Positions 1 through 13,800 of a stretch of DNA of 64,000 bases are shown here, in pieces. Where the stretch lies: contig CM041465.1 in the NCBI GenBank assembly GCA_023213395.1, positions 171,933,741-171,997,740 of the forward strand, given 5' to 3'. Within the stretch, counting starts at the first letter, position 1. Every line of letters starts with the position of its first letter. Source of the DNA: Cycas panzhihuaensis. Its lineage: Eukaryota; Plantae; Cycadophyta. The translations under genes and the position numbers were made by a program. Below the pieces are notes generated by a model, which made no database searches, had not been told where the DNA came from, and was given only the letters and a program-made list of their open reading frames with translations.

Positions 1-2559
1 TGGACCCTTTGAGACTAATAAAGACATGTCATGCTTTACTTTGGTGTTTACTTACCTATAGTAACCAATAATCCTATTGAATATACTGCTATTATTAAGG
101 CTTTGACTGATGCATTATGGGTTCATTATGGCCCTATTTTATTGGTTTTTAATTCTCAACTAGTTGCCTACTAGCTTACTTAAGTTTAATAAGTCCATTA
201 TCCTCAACTATGCATTCTTGCTAACTAAGCTAGGTTGCTTTTATCACAATTCTCTTTAGATTTAATTCAATACATCCCATAGAGGCATAACATTGAGACT
301 TATTAACTTGTTTCTTTTATCCTTAAGCATCACCTACCATAGGTAAGAGATTATTTTCATGGATATCAATCCCACCAATAAAGTTAGGCCAATATGCTAG
401 CTTTATCTTTGATCCCTAATAGGTCTCTAAAATGAGGGTAAAGTATCAGATGCCTCTAAAAGAGTTTAAATCGAGCCTTTTCTCTGAAACAAGGGTAAAC
501 TACTTTATGCTCTAACATGAGCCTAAACTATTTTATAAATTTGTAAATATTCAATCCAACTATGGCTTTTAAATGGGGCAGCTCCCCTATTTATCCCCAG
601 TTTGGTTATTTATTTCTATCATTTATGTTTTAATTATTTTCTTAGTTTATTTACTTCACTCTCTTTTTTCCTAGTATATCATTCTATTAAAACAATAAAA
701 AACATAAAAAAATTATAAAATAAAAGGCCCCAAAAAGTATACTCCATTAAGAGTCTAAACTAAAGTTAGTTTATAAATATCATTTCTACTAAGGTTGTTC
801 AAAGGGGATAATCCCCAATGTTCTCCTCCATATGAACTTTCTCTTAATGCTTTTGTTTTAAATCTTTTTCTCCCCAACTAGTCATTTCATTAAAATAATA
901 AAAATTTTAAAAATATTATCAAATAATAAAAGATTAAAAAAATAATTAAACTAAAACATTATGAACATAGCTATAAGATGATCCCAAACAACTCCACCTA
1001 TGAAACACAATCACTAACAAGGCTAAACTATATCAATATTTTTAGACTTTTGAGTTTAAATACTTCAAGCATTCAAGGAACCCTTCTCTTCTTCCCTAGA
1101 TCTTTAGCTTTTGAACCTAAATCATTGGCTATCAAGCCCAACCTTTTTTGGTTATTGAGGTAACCCCTTAGGCACCTAAGATTGCTAAAAAAAATAATCA
1201 CTAAAGATGATAAACTATGGTGACCCAATTATGTTTTTCTAGGTTCCATTATAGCCATTAGCTCATCTTAGTTATGTTAGGTCATCGACCCACCCTCCTC
1301 CCTTTAACATAGCTTCGAAGTCCTTGTTAATGAGGCTAAAAGAAGGGTAACATTCTTTAAATACCTACTAAGGAAGGTAAACTATGACATACTTATTTTC
1401 CCTTTCATTTTTATAAGAATATGCACAATCAAATTAGGGCATTATTGATAATATTTACTATCTTATAACCATCATCTAAACGTTTTTATTGCCAAGACAG
1501 TAAGTGTTTCTCATAACCTAGGAACTTCACATTCAACGCACCAATAGATAAGTGAAGGTATATGATTTTTACTTTCTAGTTTAGCTTAGATTAGCTTAAA
1601 TATCATTATTTAACATGAATATAGTATTATTTACCTATTGGTTTATTGGATGAATGTGTCTATACTTAGTTGATAATGATTTTGACCATGGTTAATGGCT
1701 TTATGGATAATCCTCTATCTACTCAAGTTTTATTACTAAGTAAGAAGGATTATCTTATGTATTTAGGCATTGAGTCTCTAATCTATATTCTTAATAGACT
1801 ATTAAGGGCTATCTATTTGTATAACATGCTCACATATAAGGTGTTAATAGTCAAGTGATCTTCATTCATCTTATTAAGTGTAGTTACCTCTTTTATTTCA
1901 TCCTCTATGAGCTTAAGATTTATTAGAATTAAATGTGAGCACTATCAGACTATCTCACACTTATGTGAGTGCCATTATTAGACCTCTCACTTTGGATAGT
2001 TATTTCCTTAGTTCTTTTAGATTGATTCCATTGAGTTATATTCATTTTTGAGTTAGGATTAAGACAAGATAGTCTACTTAGATAGGTATAGTTGCATAGT
2101 ATATACACATAGTTATATATGACTTTTTCTTAGTACTCATGCTCGATTGATGCTCTTACAATGTGAAGGTTGTTGGTATTCCATTTAACCCTTCTTAGAG
2201 CATTAGCTATCTTGTTTGGTTGATATTATCTTAAGATATGTAGTTGATTTTTAATTTGCCTTCTTGTTTGATACACAAATTACCTCATCTACTTACTTGA
2301 ATCATATATTTTAGTTGTTAGTTAGTTTTTCTAATCATTTTGGTCTTTCTTTATTTTCTTCCCTTTTTAACATATAGCATACACTTGTATATTACCCTTA
2401 GGTTAGTCTAGTAAGTGTATTAAATATCATCCTTACCCTTATATAAAAGAGACATATGCATGTTGAATGGGAGATATATATTCATGTCCTTCCCTATATG
2501 GATCCCTATTCACCCTTTGAGTCCATTTTAGGGTTGTGTTTATATGTCCTCTCCTCCCA
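1..2559 (-). mobile_element. Probable 5' part (LTR ~1976-2559, PBS, decayed gag region) of a non-chromovirus gypsy inserted in the host RT; runs off the left edge
   Basis: Host RT homology stops abruptly at ...CTCCTCCCA 2559 (TG start on - strand). The - strand reads ...GAGAGGTCTAATA a TGGCACTCAC at 1965-1988, a deaminated TGGCGCCCAC-type (tRNA-Lys-like) PBS. No second LTR or TSD is in the window and protein similarity is weak. Confidence 0.4.
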
Positions 2560-2708
2560 TTTGCCTACATTCAGAATATAAGGAAGACAAGATTCTACAT
2601 GCATTAAGGGTTGTTTGAGTTCAATATTAAGTTATCTAGACTTCTTAATATAAGAACAACATTTAAATTGACCATGAACTAGGTATTTATATCATTCTTG
2701 AGACTATT
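2560..2708 (+). pseudogene. Host chromovirus pol segment 1 (RT)
   Basis: Translates RKTRFYMH*GLFEFNIKLSRLLN..TTFKLTMN*VF (cf. KTAFRTHxGLFEFxVMPFGLTNAPATFQ). It joins in frame across TSD CTATT to 31392. Confidence 0.8.
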
Positions 2709-3102
2709 TAGAGCATAACTTTCTTGAGTATTCCTTACATAATAACAATTTAGTATATCAAATGGCACAACATAATGATTTAGAACATTTGATTTTAGTA
2801 TAAAAGAGTAAATAAAATACAAAAGTAAATAAAAATTTGAATACCAAATAGACACTAAAATGTATAACAATATAATCTCTTGATATTATTTTAATATAAT
2901 AAGCTATACACATTTCTTGGGCCTTAAATAGATAATGATAGTTGCTTTACATAGAATCTCATTAAAGGGAGAAGTAACTTGCTATGTTATTTGGTGGCTA
3001 AATAAACTACATATAAGAGTTAATGGCTAGTACTAACTATTAGATTATTTGTTCACATATGCTTGTGGTTACTCTCCTTAGTTAGTAAGTAGTTATGTAA
3101 CA
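2709..3102 (-). repeat. 3' LTR of - strand chromovirus
   Basis: Aligns along its length with 22507-22635 plus 31123-31386. Starts TGTTACATAAC on the - strand, next to the PPT. Confidence 0.92.
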
Positions 3103-3149
3103 AGTCCTCTTCTTTGACATGTCGAGTCCATAAAGTGACAGAGATGTAG

Positions 3150-5307
3150 ATACTAATTAAAACACTTTACTAATTCCTACGTTAACTCTTACGAATCATA
3201 ACTAACCCATTGCATAAAATACTTAGAGATGGTCTAGTTATATAGATAACATTGCCGTATAACTAAGATATGATCTAGAGGGATCTTGATGACCTATTCT
3301 TCATCCAAAATAGGTATGGTAGTTTGGGGAATAACATTTTTTCCAAGATACTTTTTTAAATATGAGACATAAATATTATGTATTTTGATATTAGGTAGGA
3401 GCTCAAGGGCATAGGCAACTTGACCAATCCTTTGAAGGACTTTATAAGGGCCATAGTAGTAGGGGCTAATCTTATGATTTCCATTTTTATAAAGAGATTA
3501 TTATTTGAATAGTTAAAGTCAAATGAACCCATGTCACCTATTATAAACTCTCAATCAAAATGGTAGCATTCATCCAGCTATTTCATATAATTTTAGGTTG
3601 AAGCTAGGTTCTTCTTAAGGGCATATAAGATTTGATCTACATCTTTTAATTTTTATTGGATAGTGGATGTTTAGAGGTTAGTTGATAGGGCATGATAAGA
3701 AGGTAGGGGGGTAGAGTGGTAGGAGGAGTTATACTAATAATCAATAGGTGCAAGCCAAGATGACCATTTTCTCTTATATTTTGAGGTAAAGTAATAAAGG
3801 TATACTTCTAAAGTTTTACTGAGAACCTTGGATTTCCCATCAATTTGAGGATGATGTGCCAAGCTTATATTGAATGAGGTGCCTGAGGCATAAAAAAGTT
3901 CTTACCAAAATGAGTTGATGAATTTAAGGTCTCAGTCATATATAATTATTGAAGGGAATCCATTGAGGTAAAAAATAAATTAAATGTATATGTCAATAAG
4001 GCAAACAACCTTATAGAATGTGTGTATTAGTAAAAAATAAGTGTACTTTATTAGCCTATCTATGCTAACCCAAATGGAGTTGAACCCAATGGATAATAAA
4101 AGGCCCATGATAAAGTCCATTATGATGTCCTACCATTTGCCATGAGATATATGTAAGGGTTGGAATATCCCTAATTAAGCCTTTGTATCAATTATTTTTA
4201 TTGGAATATAAGACATTCTATTATAAACATAAGGATTATTGACTTCATATATAGTTAGTAAAAATAAGAGTAGATACATCAATATGTTTTATAAAAAACT
4301 GAGTAGTTGCTAAGAGGGGAGAAGTGGCATTCAAATAGGATTTAGGAAATAAAAAAGGAAGCTAGGTGAATAAAAATATAATTTTTATACATTAGGAGGT
4401 CATTGTAAAGAGATCAATCCTTTTAGGTGAGGGGCTTCTCCAACTAATAGGCATAATCTAATTGGGACTAGTTGGTAGTTGCCAAGTCCACAAGCTGTGT
4501 GGGTTAGATTGAGAGATTACCTAAATCATAGGCTTAGGGGATAAATATGAGAGGGTATAAATAGTAATATTATCTTTCCTCTTTTTATATATTATAATAA
4601 AGTCAAACATTGATACGTAATTGAGCTACTTAGCTTGTTCCTTAGGTAGGATTGGTTAATCAAGGAGGGTCTAAAGCATAGGATGATCTGTAAGAATGGT
4701 GAATGTTGACCTAAGAAGATATTATTATTACTTATTAGCTATGTGTAGGATGGCCTTCATCTCCTTTGTTAAATGGATAAATTATATTCATGGTCCTTAA
4801 TCCTATAAATTTTTAATACAATTAGATGGATGTTTTATATAAGTATGGATTCTAATCTAAATCTTGAGGTATCACATTCTAATTAGAATGATTAAGAAAA
4901 TTTGGAGTGGAAAGAACTAGAGTTGAAGTCATAAGAGCTTTAAGTTAGTTGAATGCATCCTCAATAGTTGGGAAACATTGGAAAGAATCCTTATAGAGTA
5001 AATTAGTTAGTAGGCCAAGAGTAGAAGTATAATTACAAATAAACCATTTGTAAAATCTCATAAGACTAAGGAAGGCATGAGGTACATTAAGTTTTGGGTG
5101 TAGGCCATGCCATGATGGTGGAGGTTTTATCTAGGTTAACTGAAATACTTTCTATTGAGATGATATATCTTAGGTATTATAATATTATCTTACCAAATTT
5201 ATACTTTGATAACTTAGCATAGAGTTTTCATTAATTAAGGATTTAAATAACTTTTTCCAAATTTTTAAGATGGAGGGGCATGCCAAAGTTGTAGATAAGT
5301 GTATTAT
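3150..5307 (-). pseudogene. Chromovirus pol: RT C-terminus, RNase H, integrase, chromodomain-like tail (many stops)
   Basis: - strand translation includes KISPYYYGPYKVLQRIGQVAYALEL (GPY/F motif, ~3400-3470) and FDNTLIY (decayed FDDILIY) at the 5303 junction. Confidence 0.88.
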
Positions 5308-6046
5308 TATTTAAAAAATAATATGCTTATGAATATCAAAGATGAAATGTTGTGAGTAAATGATAAAACAATAAAGTATAAGAGAGATTAAGAATGTATA
5401 AGTTAATATAAAGAAATGGAAGAATGGATAAACCTCAAATTAGAAAGAAGGAATGATGTATACACTTATAATACAACTTACTACTTATAAGAGAACCCTA
5501 ATTGGTCAATGTTGTAGGTTGGCATACATCTTTATATGGCATATAACTTAAGAAGACCTCAAATATAAAATACAAATAAATCTAGAGAGTGTGTGAATAG
5601 GAATAATTATGTAATTTGGTATTACACCCAATATTTCTCCCCTATAATAGATAATTACATAAAGTGAAATATCACATCAAAGATATAAAACTGAGTCTTC
5701 AAATGAATGTTAGAACATAAGTTACTATAAGGATATAATTTTCCATTGATGTCCATATAAAGAGAACTGCATCCATTGAACCATATGGGTAACCAGTCGC
5801 TGCAACTAATGGTTAGCTAGGATGTTCCTTTGTGTACATGTTACAGTTAATGTTAAGTCAATTTCACCCTAGGAACACACCATCCTACATAGCTAAATAA
5901 GTAAGTTGATGAAGAAATATACAAGAATAATTGAAAAGAGGTCCCATCTCTTGCCTATATGGGATAATATAAGCAGCTTCTTTGGCTTTAATAACTAAAA
6001 AACAAATGGCTCTAAGGCCTTAAAAATATAATACAGCCTCAACTTA

Positions 6047-6185
6047 CCTTTATGGGATAAAAGCATACCTTTATAAGCTACATCATACCACTATTAGCTT
6101 ACAATATGCCTCTATGGGCTTTAACATACCACTATGGGCTTACAATATCCTCTATGGGTTGAAATATCCAGCAATAGATGTTAAT
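6047..6185. repeat. Degenerate ~20-bp tandem array (consensus ~CCWCTATGGGCTTACAATAT), about 7 units
   Basis: Direct reading: cctctatgggctttaacata / ccactatgggcttacaatat / cctctatgggttgaaatat. Confidence 0.75.
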
Positions 6186-7428
6186 ACATAACTAAAAAAT
6201 AGGCGTGACTCAAATAGAATATAAACAACTCTCTTAAATAACAAATTTTAATGTGAAATAAGGTTCTCTAGAGCCTAAAATAAGCCTATATGATAAATTA
6301 TATATGTTACCCCCTTATTTGGGGTACATTATATTAATAAAATATACAACAAATGATATGGAACCTTGAAAATTACATATATGTGCCTAGAAATGCTAAA
6401 AAATGAAGAAAATTAAAGTTAAAAAATACTTTAAACTTTGAACTAAAATATCTGCATTAAATCAACTCCAAATATTATCAATTAACTTGCTAAATCAAAG
6501 ATCTCTCAATTACAAATCTAACATAATTGATGGGACTAAAAATAGAGCCCCTATGCTTAAGTTATATGTAAAATAATGATAAAGACTCCATAGAAAATGA
6601 AAATTAGAGGCTTAGCCCCTTTCACCAATAAATAAGTGATCATATGATAGCTTCATATGACTAAGGGCTAATACTTAAGGGGCTCGATAGATTTCAAATA
6701 TTATATAATCTAATTAAATATATTTTTAACTTTGTAAAAAAAATTATATAAATTAGATACAAGAAAATATAAGAAAAATAAAAAAATTTGATTAAATATT
6801 AATTTATCAAATAAAAATTAACCCATTAGGGTTTTATGATTTTGATTCTTTACCATATCATTATAATCTATGTAGGTACAATGACTATATGGTAAGTAGA
6901 TCATGGGAGTGAAAATGTAATGAAAAGATCTCAACTTGTTTATGGACAACCCATAGATGTGATTATACTCATGGGTTATTTCCTCCCTAGATTTCTTCGT
7001 TGTCATATAGAGACTAGTCAACTGATCTATTCTATCTACCTCCACAATTAAGACTTTCCCATTTAGACTATAAACAAAGCTAGAAGATACCTAAACTATG
7101 GATGACTATAGATTAGCAACTTTGCAAGCTTCAAGCAAATTAACTAATTATGCAATATTACTATGAATATATGATAACAGATTTTCCATCGCATATCTAA
7201 CCTTGGCTTGTACTATCAGGTGCATCATATGGATAAACAAAATGATGGCAGAGGTAGAGGTAGAAGAGTTATTTGATCATCCATTGCCTACTATAGTTGG
7301 GACATTGGTTCCCATAGTAGTTTCTATAATATATGTGTCGTTTGGATCTCCTTTAATGCTAATAATAGTACTATATTCTTCAAGCTTTTCATCATAACCT
7401 TCAAACCTTTGATTTATTTATTTTTTTT

Positions 7429-7430
<2 letters not shown>

Positions 7431-7494
<64 letters not shown>
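7431..7494. repeat. (TA)n microsatellite
   Basis: Uninterrupted TA run of 64 bp. Confidence 0.98.
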
Positions 7495-7498
<4 letters not shown>

Positions 7499-7885
7499 AT
7501 AGTAGGTTACATATTTAAATAGTAATAATATATCTTCTTTAATACACTTTATGTTAAGCAACCCTAGTTCTAAATAATAAAAACCAACCACTAAGATCTA
7601 TCTATTTTACAGCAAGAACAAGGATTCAAAATTGTAATACATATAAATACATAAACTAGAGATCATTCAACATACATACTAAAGTATACATATTACTAAG
7701 TACAATAGATATAACATGGTAGAACCTTAATAAAGTGCTAAGGAAACATCCATAAAGGAAAGGAATTGATCTTTATTAATCAAGAATGAAGATCTGTGCA
7801 TCAGTTGCCACAGAGTTCATAGCAATAATAACTAATAGCCACCCACGATATAATATAATTTGATACAACAACTCAAAAAGCTAAT

Positions 7886-10800
7886 TGTTAGAATAACCCC
7901 CAATGTGCACATGGAGTTATACACCTAGGGCCCCTCAAAGCCACCTTCAAGGGTCCCTATGGCACCTAGAGTTGCATATTAGCACCTAGAGCCACTAAAA
8001 GTTGACACATCATCCTTAAGGTATGTGCTTCATTATTTAATTATATTTTTAATATTAATTTGAATTATTTTGATTAACATGTAGGTTAGGTTGAGGCACT
8101 TGTCACCTCCCTAAATTTCTATAAATCAGGTGGAAATACATCCCTGGTGTTTTTTTTAACACTGCCATTGATTCAAAGATTGATATTAAATCAAGATGCA
8201 CTCGTCATTGAAGTCCTATTATGTACCTATGTAACCCTTCATTTGGTATCAGAGTGATAAGTTAGCATGCAATCATTTGATTTCTAAAAAGCTTATGTGA
8301 TTTACGACTCATCCTCTATGTAATTTAGTATGTGAATAATATTATATTTTATTAAAGTTTAACTTTATAAAATCATCATTTATATTATTTTAATTTTTTG
8401 TTTATATATTCATACGTTTATACATGCGCCATTCAATCAATTTCATTTGGTTCTAATTTCTCAACCCTTAATTGAAACCACCTCATATGATTACTTGTTA
8501 TGATCAAAATTGAATCCTCTAGCCAGTGGTGAAAGTAATTCATGATTTTATCGCTTATATTGAGAGAAATCTCTCTCTGAGTATTAGTTCCCCATTTGGA
8601 ATTTGATTCACTCCATGGCTTCATTCTCATCCTACAAGTCTTTATTTGACAGAAAATTTTCCTAGTGCCTAGTTATCCTTGATACTTAGCCTCTCCTAAC
8701 ATTTGGTGTTAATCCATCTCTTTTATAGTGAGATTGAACCACCTGAGTTACCTCGGCTCCATTTTTTAAGGTTTTCATCGTTTTTCTTTGATTTATACAA
8801 ATATTTTTGGAATTTTTTCTAAAATTAGGTCTACCTTACTCGGGTGCCCCGAGTGTAGCCACTCTAGCATAATCCTATGATCAAAAAGAGCATTTCATCT
8901 CTATTTATCCTCCTTTATTCACCATGTCCTCTCTATGCCCATTGTTCTCCACTTTTTTTCACATAATAATATATACATTTTAATCGTGTCTTTTAATCAT
9001 TGTGGATCACTTAGTGTGGATGATCAAATTGCCTCCCTTTTATGACTATAGATCGATCATTTTGATTGATCTTTTGGCCTCATTTTACCCTCTAGAGTCT
9101 CTATGTAGGTCATTGTTTGCCATTCAATGTTATTCAATTTTTAATCATTATAATATGTCGATTATTATTATTATAAAGGTGATTAAAAATTTATACATTT
9201 TTTATAAACTTTAAAACCCTTTATTTAGGTCTAGCCCCCTAATGGCTTTAGCCCCCAGCCCCATGACCTCCATGTGACCTGAAGTATTTAGAAAAGAGGG
9301 CCAATCAATGCTATAACAATTTTTCTTTTATATTTTTTTATTTATTTTGTTCTAAAGAGGTAACTGGTGTATTTTTATTTCTAACTTCTCACTAGAGTAC
9401 CAACTTTTGATGAAATTAGTCCCGTTGTGACCATAATTTTATAAGTTCAACCGTAGACTAGTCATTTTCTAATTTTGGATCTGATTTGATATGTTTTTAA
9501 TGATTTAAAGTCACCTCATTTTTTAGCTTCTAGTTTATTAAACATAAAGAGGCCACTTTACTATTTTTACTATATCTTTCTTGTTTGGAATCTATTTTCT
9601 AATTCATCAGCTTTATTGGAAAGCTGACTCATCTCTCTTTGTATTGATATAATCTTTTAAGCGATTTGAAGTCTTTTTGCAGATATTATAACCTATTGAA
9701 ATTAAGATATTGTATCAAGCCTAACTGCTTACTAATCAATATTTTTTTAAGTTTTCTCTTTAAATTTTTTTTAAATAAATCAAATTTAAAGGTCTTCTAT
9801 CTGTAAGTGATCCCTATTTATATTTTTTATAAGGTTATATTCTATTTTTATAACATTTTAGTCTTATAGCACTAATTTAAGCCCAAAAAGGGGTCTTTGC
9901 ACTTATTGATTAAAATCTTGAGCTATAGAAGTCACTTTTCCAAATGATTAAATCCATTGGAAAGAAAATTTAATATTTTTCAATTTAAGATAGATTTCAC
10001 TTAATTCTGAGTTTATTTAGTAAATATTTGAAGCAAGTTATTTTCAGCTCCTTATTCAGTCCTTATCCATATCATTCTATAACTTTTTATATATTATACA
10101 ATCTCAAAAGGTTACAACTAATTTATTAATTACTAACAACTCATTCTTGAAGCTTTTATTATCTCTTGTTTATATTTTCAAGTTCTTTTTTGTAACAAGA
10201 AACTAGTTCTTTAATACTTCAAACTAAGAGGAGTTATTTAATTAAATAAGTATTTTTTTTGCATTTTAGTTGTTTATTTTCTATAAAAACATACCTTTCT
10301 TTCAAGCATTTTTATTATCAAAAGTAAAAGTTACATTTCAATTTCTTATTTTTTTACTATTTTTCAAACGAATTGCTACTCATTTCTTGCATCAATAAAG
10401 GTCACTCCTGTTTGTCTAAGCTACTCTTTATTTTTGAAAATTCAAGCTTAGTTAAAGAATATTATTGATCTTATATATTCTTTCATCATTAAGGGCATTT
10501 TTTATTTCAAATTTTTATGGTTAAAGGCCTTATTTGATTTCTAAGAAAGGTTATACCTAGTTTGCTTATAAACTTACAAAGGAGCTTCTTGTTATTTGTT
10601 CATCTTATTACAAAGCATATTTGCAATAATCTTCATACATCTTAAAGTTCATTGGTTCATTAGTCAAAGAAGCTTTCTTAGTCATATTCTTTTAAGCTTG
10701 AGAAGTGCATAGCAAAGGCATAGTTACAAGTCTTTTCTTGTTGATTTTATGTATCAAAGGTTCACTAAATATTCTTGATTTAAGAGCATTCAAATATTGA

Positions 10801-13800
10801 AAACTTCATTGATTCATTGCTTCACTTCTAGAAGGTGCATATAGTTGCTTGTGTACTTTATTTTCAAAAGAGTATTTCAATTTGAAAGACATTAGCTTGT
10901 ATATTGGCATTCTTTTTGGTTTAGTAAGAAAAGTTATTACTTGCATAGTTTTTTTGAAAAATTTATTATATCATTTGTTTATTCTTGCTTAGTGAATATT
11001 ATCCTTCATTTCAAGTTTTTTTTTTTTTTTGTATAAAAGGAACCTTTCAAAACCCTAAGCAAGACCATAATCATTGATTAATTTATTCTCACATTAAAAA
11101 TATAAATCCTAAATTGAACCACCTTTATTTTCTAGCCTTATAAGGGGAATAGTTATGACCCCTAAAGTTACCACCTCACACATGCTAATTGGCCTACTCA
11201 TATTAGATGAGGATAGCCATTAGCTATCAGGTGTATTTAGTGGTAGGCTAAGATACATAACCTTTTCCTTATTTGGTGTTTGGAGACTAAGGCTAGACTT
11301 AGAGAGGGTGAGTGCCTTAGTTCGAGCAACCTTCACTACTAGATCTATCGCTAAGTATAAGTCTAACATAAGTGGGTCCACAATTCAGGGGGGTGTAAAA
11401 GCCTTCTTAGCAGCTTGTGTATTAAGGTATATAGATCCTTGAGCTCATGTACTAGTATATGAGGTCATTGTTTTGCAATGTGTGGATATGCACCACTAGA
11501 CAAGATAGCAATTAAAGGTTTCCCCAGGAGAACCCTAAATTTAGAGCCTACTAACCTTATTAGGTACTAGTTTATTTTTTAAACTTTGGGTAAAACTTGG
11601 GTTATTTAAACTTAATTCAAATTTCAAATTCAAAACCTTTTCAAACTTTAAATTCAAATCTTTTTTGAAATTCAAATTCAAAACTTTTATAAATTTCATC
11701 CTTATTTATCACCTTTACTCAACAAAAACCTTAGTCCAACATGGTCTCAAGTTTCAGTAACATGATCATTCTAAAGTTTGATAGGAATAACTTCTTAAAT
11801 TGGAGTAGAAGGATGAGACCCATCCTCATAGCTAATAAAATATGGGAAACTATGAAGACAGGATATAATGAATTAGGTCAAAATCCAATTAATGTAGAGA
11901 AAGCCACTTATAATGAAAATGTTAAGAAGGATAATGATGCCTCAATACTTAACTTTTATGCACTTGAAGATTATGTATTCCCTTGTGTTATTGAGTTTAT
12001 CAAATCAAAGGAAGCTTGGGATACACTATAATTAATATATGAAGGAGCAGCCTCTTCTAAACTTTAGAATCTTAGAAGCAAGTTTGAAAACTTGCACATG
12101 TTACCCACCGAATCTATCACATAATTCATGACCAAAGTATAAGACATAGTGAATCAAATGAGGTCTCTTAGAAATACCCTAATAGAACAAATGGTAGTTG
12201 AACAGATCCTTATATGTGTTAGTGCAGTTAAATGCTTTGAAATGGTTTCCATAAGTATAAGTATCTTAAAAGATCTAAGTACATTAAAAGTGGAACATCT
12301 TAGTGCTATGTTTATGTCCATAGAGGAATAACAAAATGCCAATGAGTCCCTTAAGCATGCCATTACCACAAAGGCTCATATTCAATCCAACTCTCAAGTA
12401 GAAACCTCAAGGTCAAAAGAATCACCTTCAAGAAGAAGGATTGGGAACCCTAAGAGAGAAGCTAGGTAAGATCCTCCAAAATATCAAGCCCCTCATCAAA
12501 GGAGACAAGGAGGACACTAACAAAATGAGAACCTCTAAGACCTACAAACCAAAGGATACTGTTTGAGGGTCATACTTATTGTCCTAATTGTCAAGAAAAC
12601 CCTCAATCTTTAAGGTCCAATCAAGAATACTATGATAATAGACCAAGAGACAACCCTCCTTAACAATATGAAGAAAGGGGGAGATCCTCCAATATTGATT
12701 GATCTCATCCAAGAAGTAGGAGCTTAAGATATGGTAAGGGAGATCCCCTATATTATACATATTTCCATAAAAGTAGCCACAATGAGGATAAATATTTTTT
12801 AAAAAATAGACCACCTACTAGAGGACATGCCTACAATACATCTGAGTCAAAGGATAATAACATCTTGTTTCTATCTAGTTTTACTGTTAAGGAGGAAGAA
12901 GATGATAGTTGGTATATCAATTCCTAATGTTCAACTTATATGACATATAAAGAATACTTGTTTTGTACTTTGGACAAAAACAGAAAAGGATCCATTATGT
13001 TTAGAGATAATACCTCCTATGAATCAATTGGGAGAGGTAATATAGCCTTGATGATGAATATAGCAGAATATAGGCATCTGAATGATATCTTATATATTCC
13101 AACTCTATGGAAAAACTTACTATTAGTAGGGCAGATGATGGGACACGGCTACAAAGTCATTTTTGATAATGGTGAGTGTGATATAAAAGACAAAAAGAGA
13201 AATAAAGTTATTGTTGCTAAAGGGAAAATGACCAAGGATCACTTATTCAAATTTATACTTACTCATTCAGATACATATGCCCTAAGAACTTTATCTAACT
13301 TGGATAGCGACTTGTGGCATAGAAGGTTTGGCCATCTCAACTACAATAGTTTGGCCTTTATGAAATGAATAGACATGGTCAATGGTTTACCACATATTGA
13401 TGTAAATAAAAACTTATATGAAGGGTGTCTTCTTGGCAAACACCATAGAGAAAGCTTTCCGAATTATAGTCATCAAGCATCAGATTCTATCCAATTGGTA
13501 TACACAGATATTTATAGGCCTACGAACACTCCATCACTAGAAGATGTAAAATACTTTATTACTTTCATCAATGACTTCACAAGAAAAACATAGGTGTTCT
13601 TCCTCATGTATAAATCAGATGCCTTTTAATACTTTGTTGACTTCAAAACCTTTATGAAGTGACAAAGTGGATACAAACTTCTATTCCTAAGATCAGATAA
13701 TGGAGGAGAGTTTACCTCTAATACATTCAAAGATTATTATGTATACCATGGAATTAGAAGATAGCTCACTAATCCCTACATCCCACAACAAAATAGTGTA

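Noticed and set aside
11315-11335. GTTCGAG as a tRNA T-loop / Pol III B-box (tRNA or SINE)
   Set aside because: It does not complete GTTCRANNC, and there is no A-box, cloverleaf or tail. It is treated as part of the leader structure.
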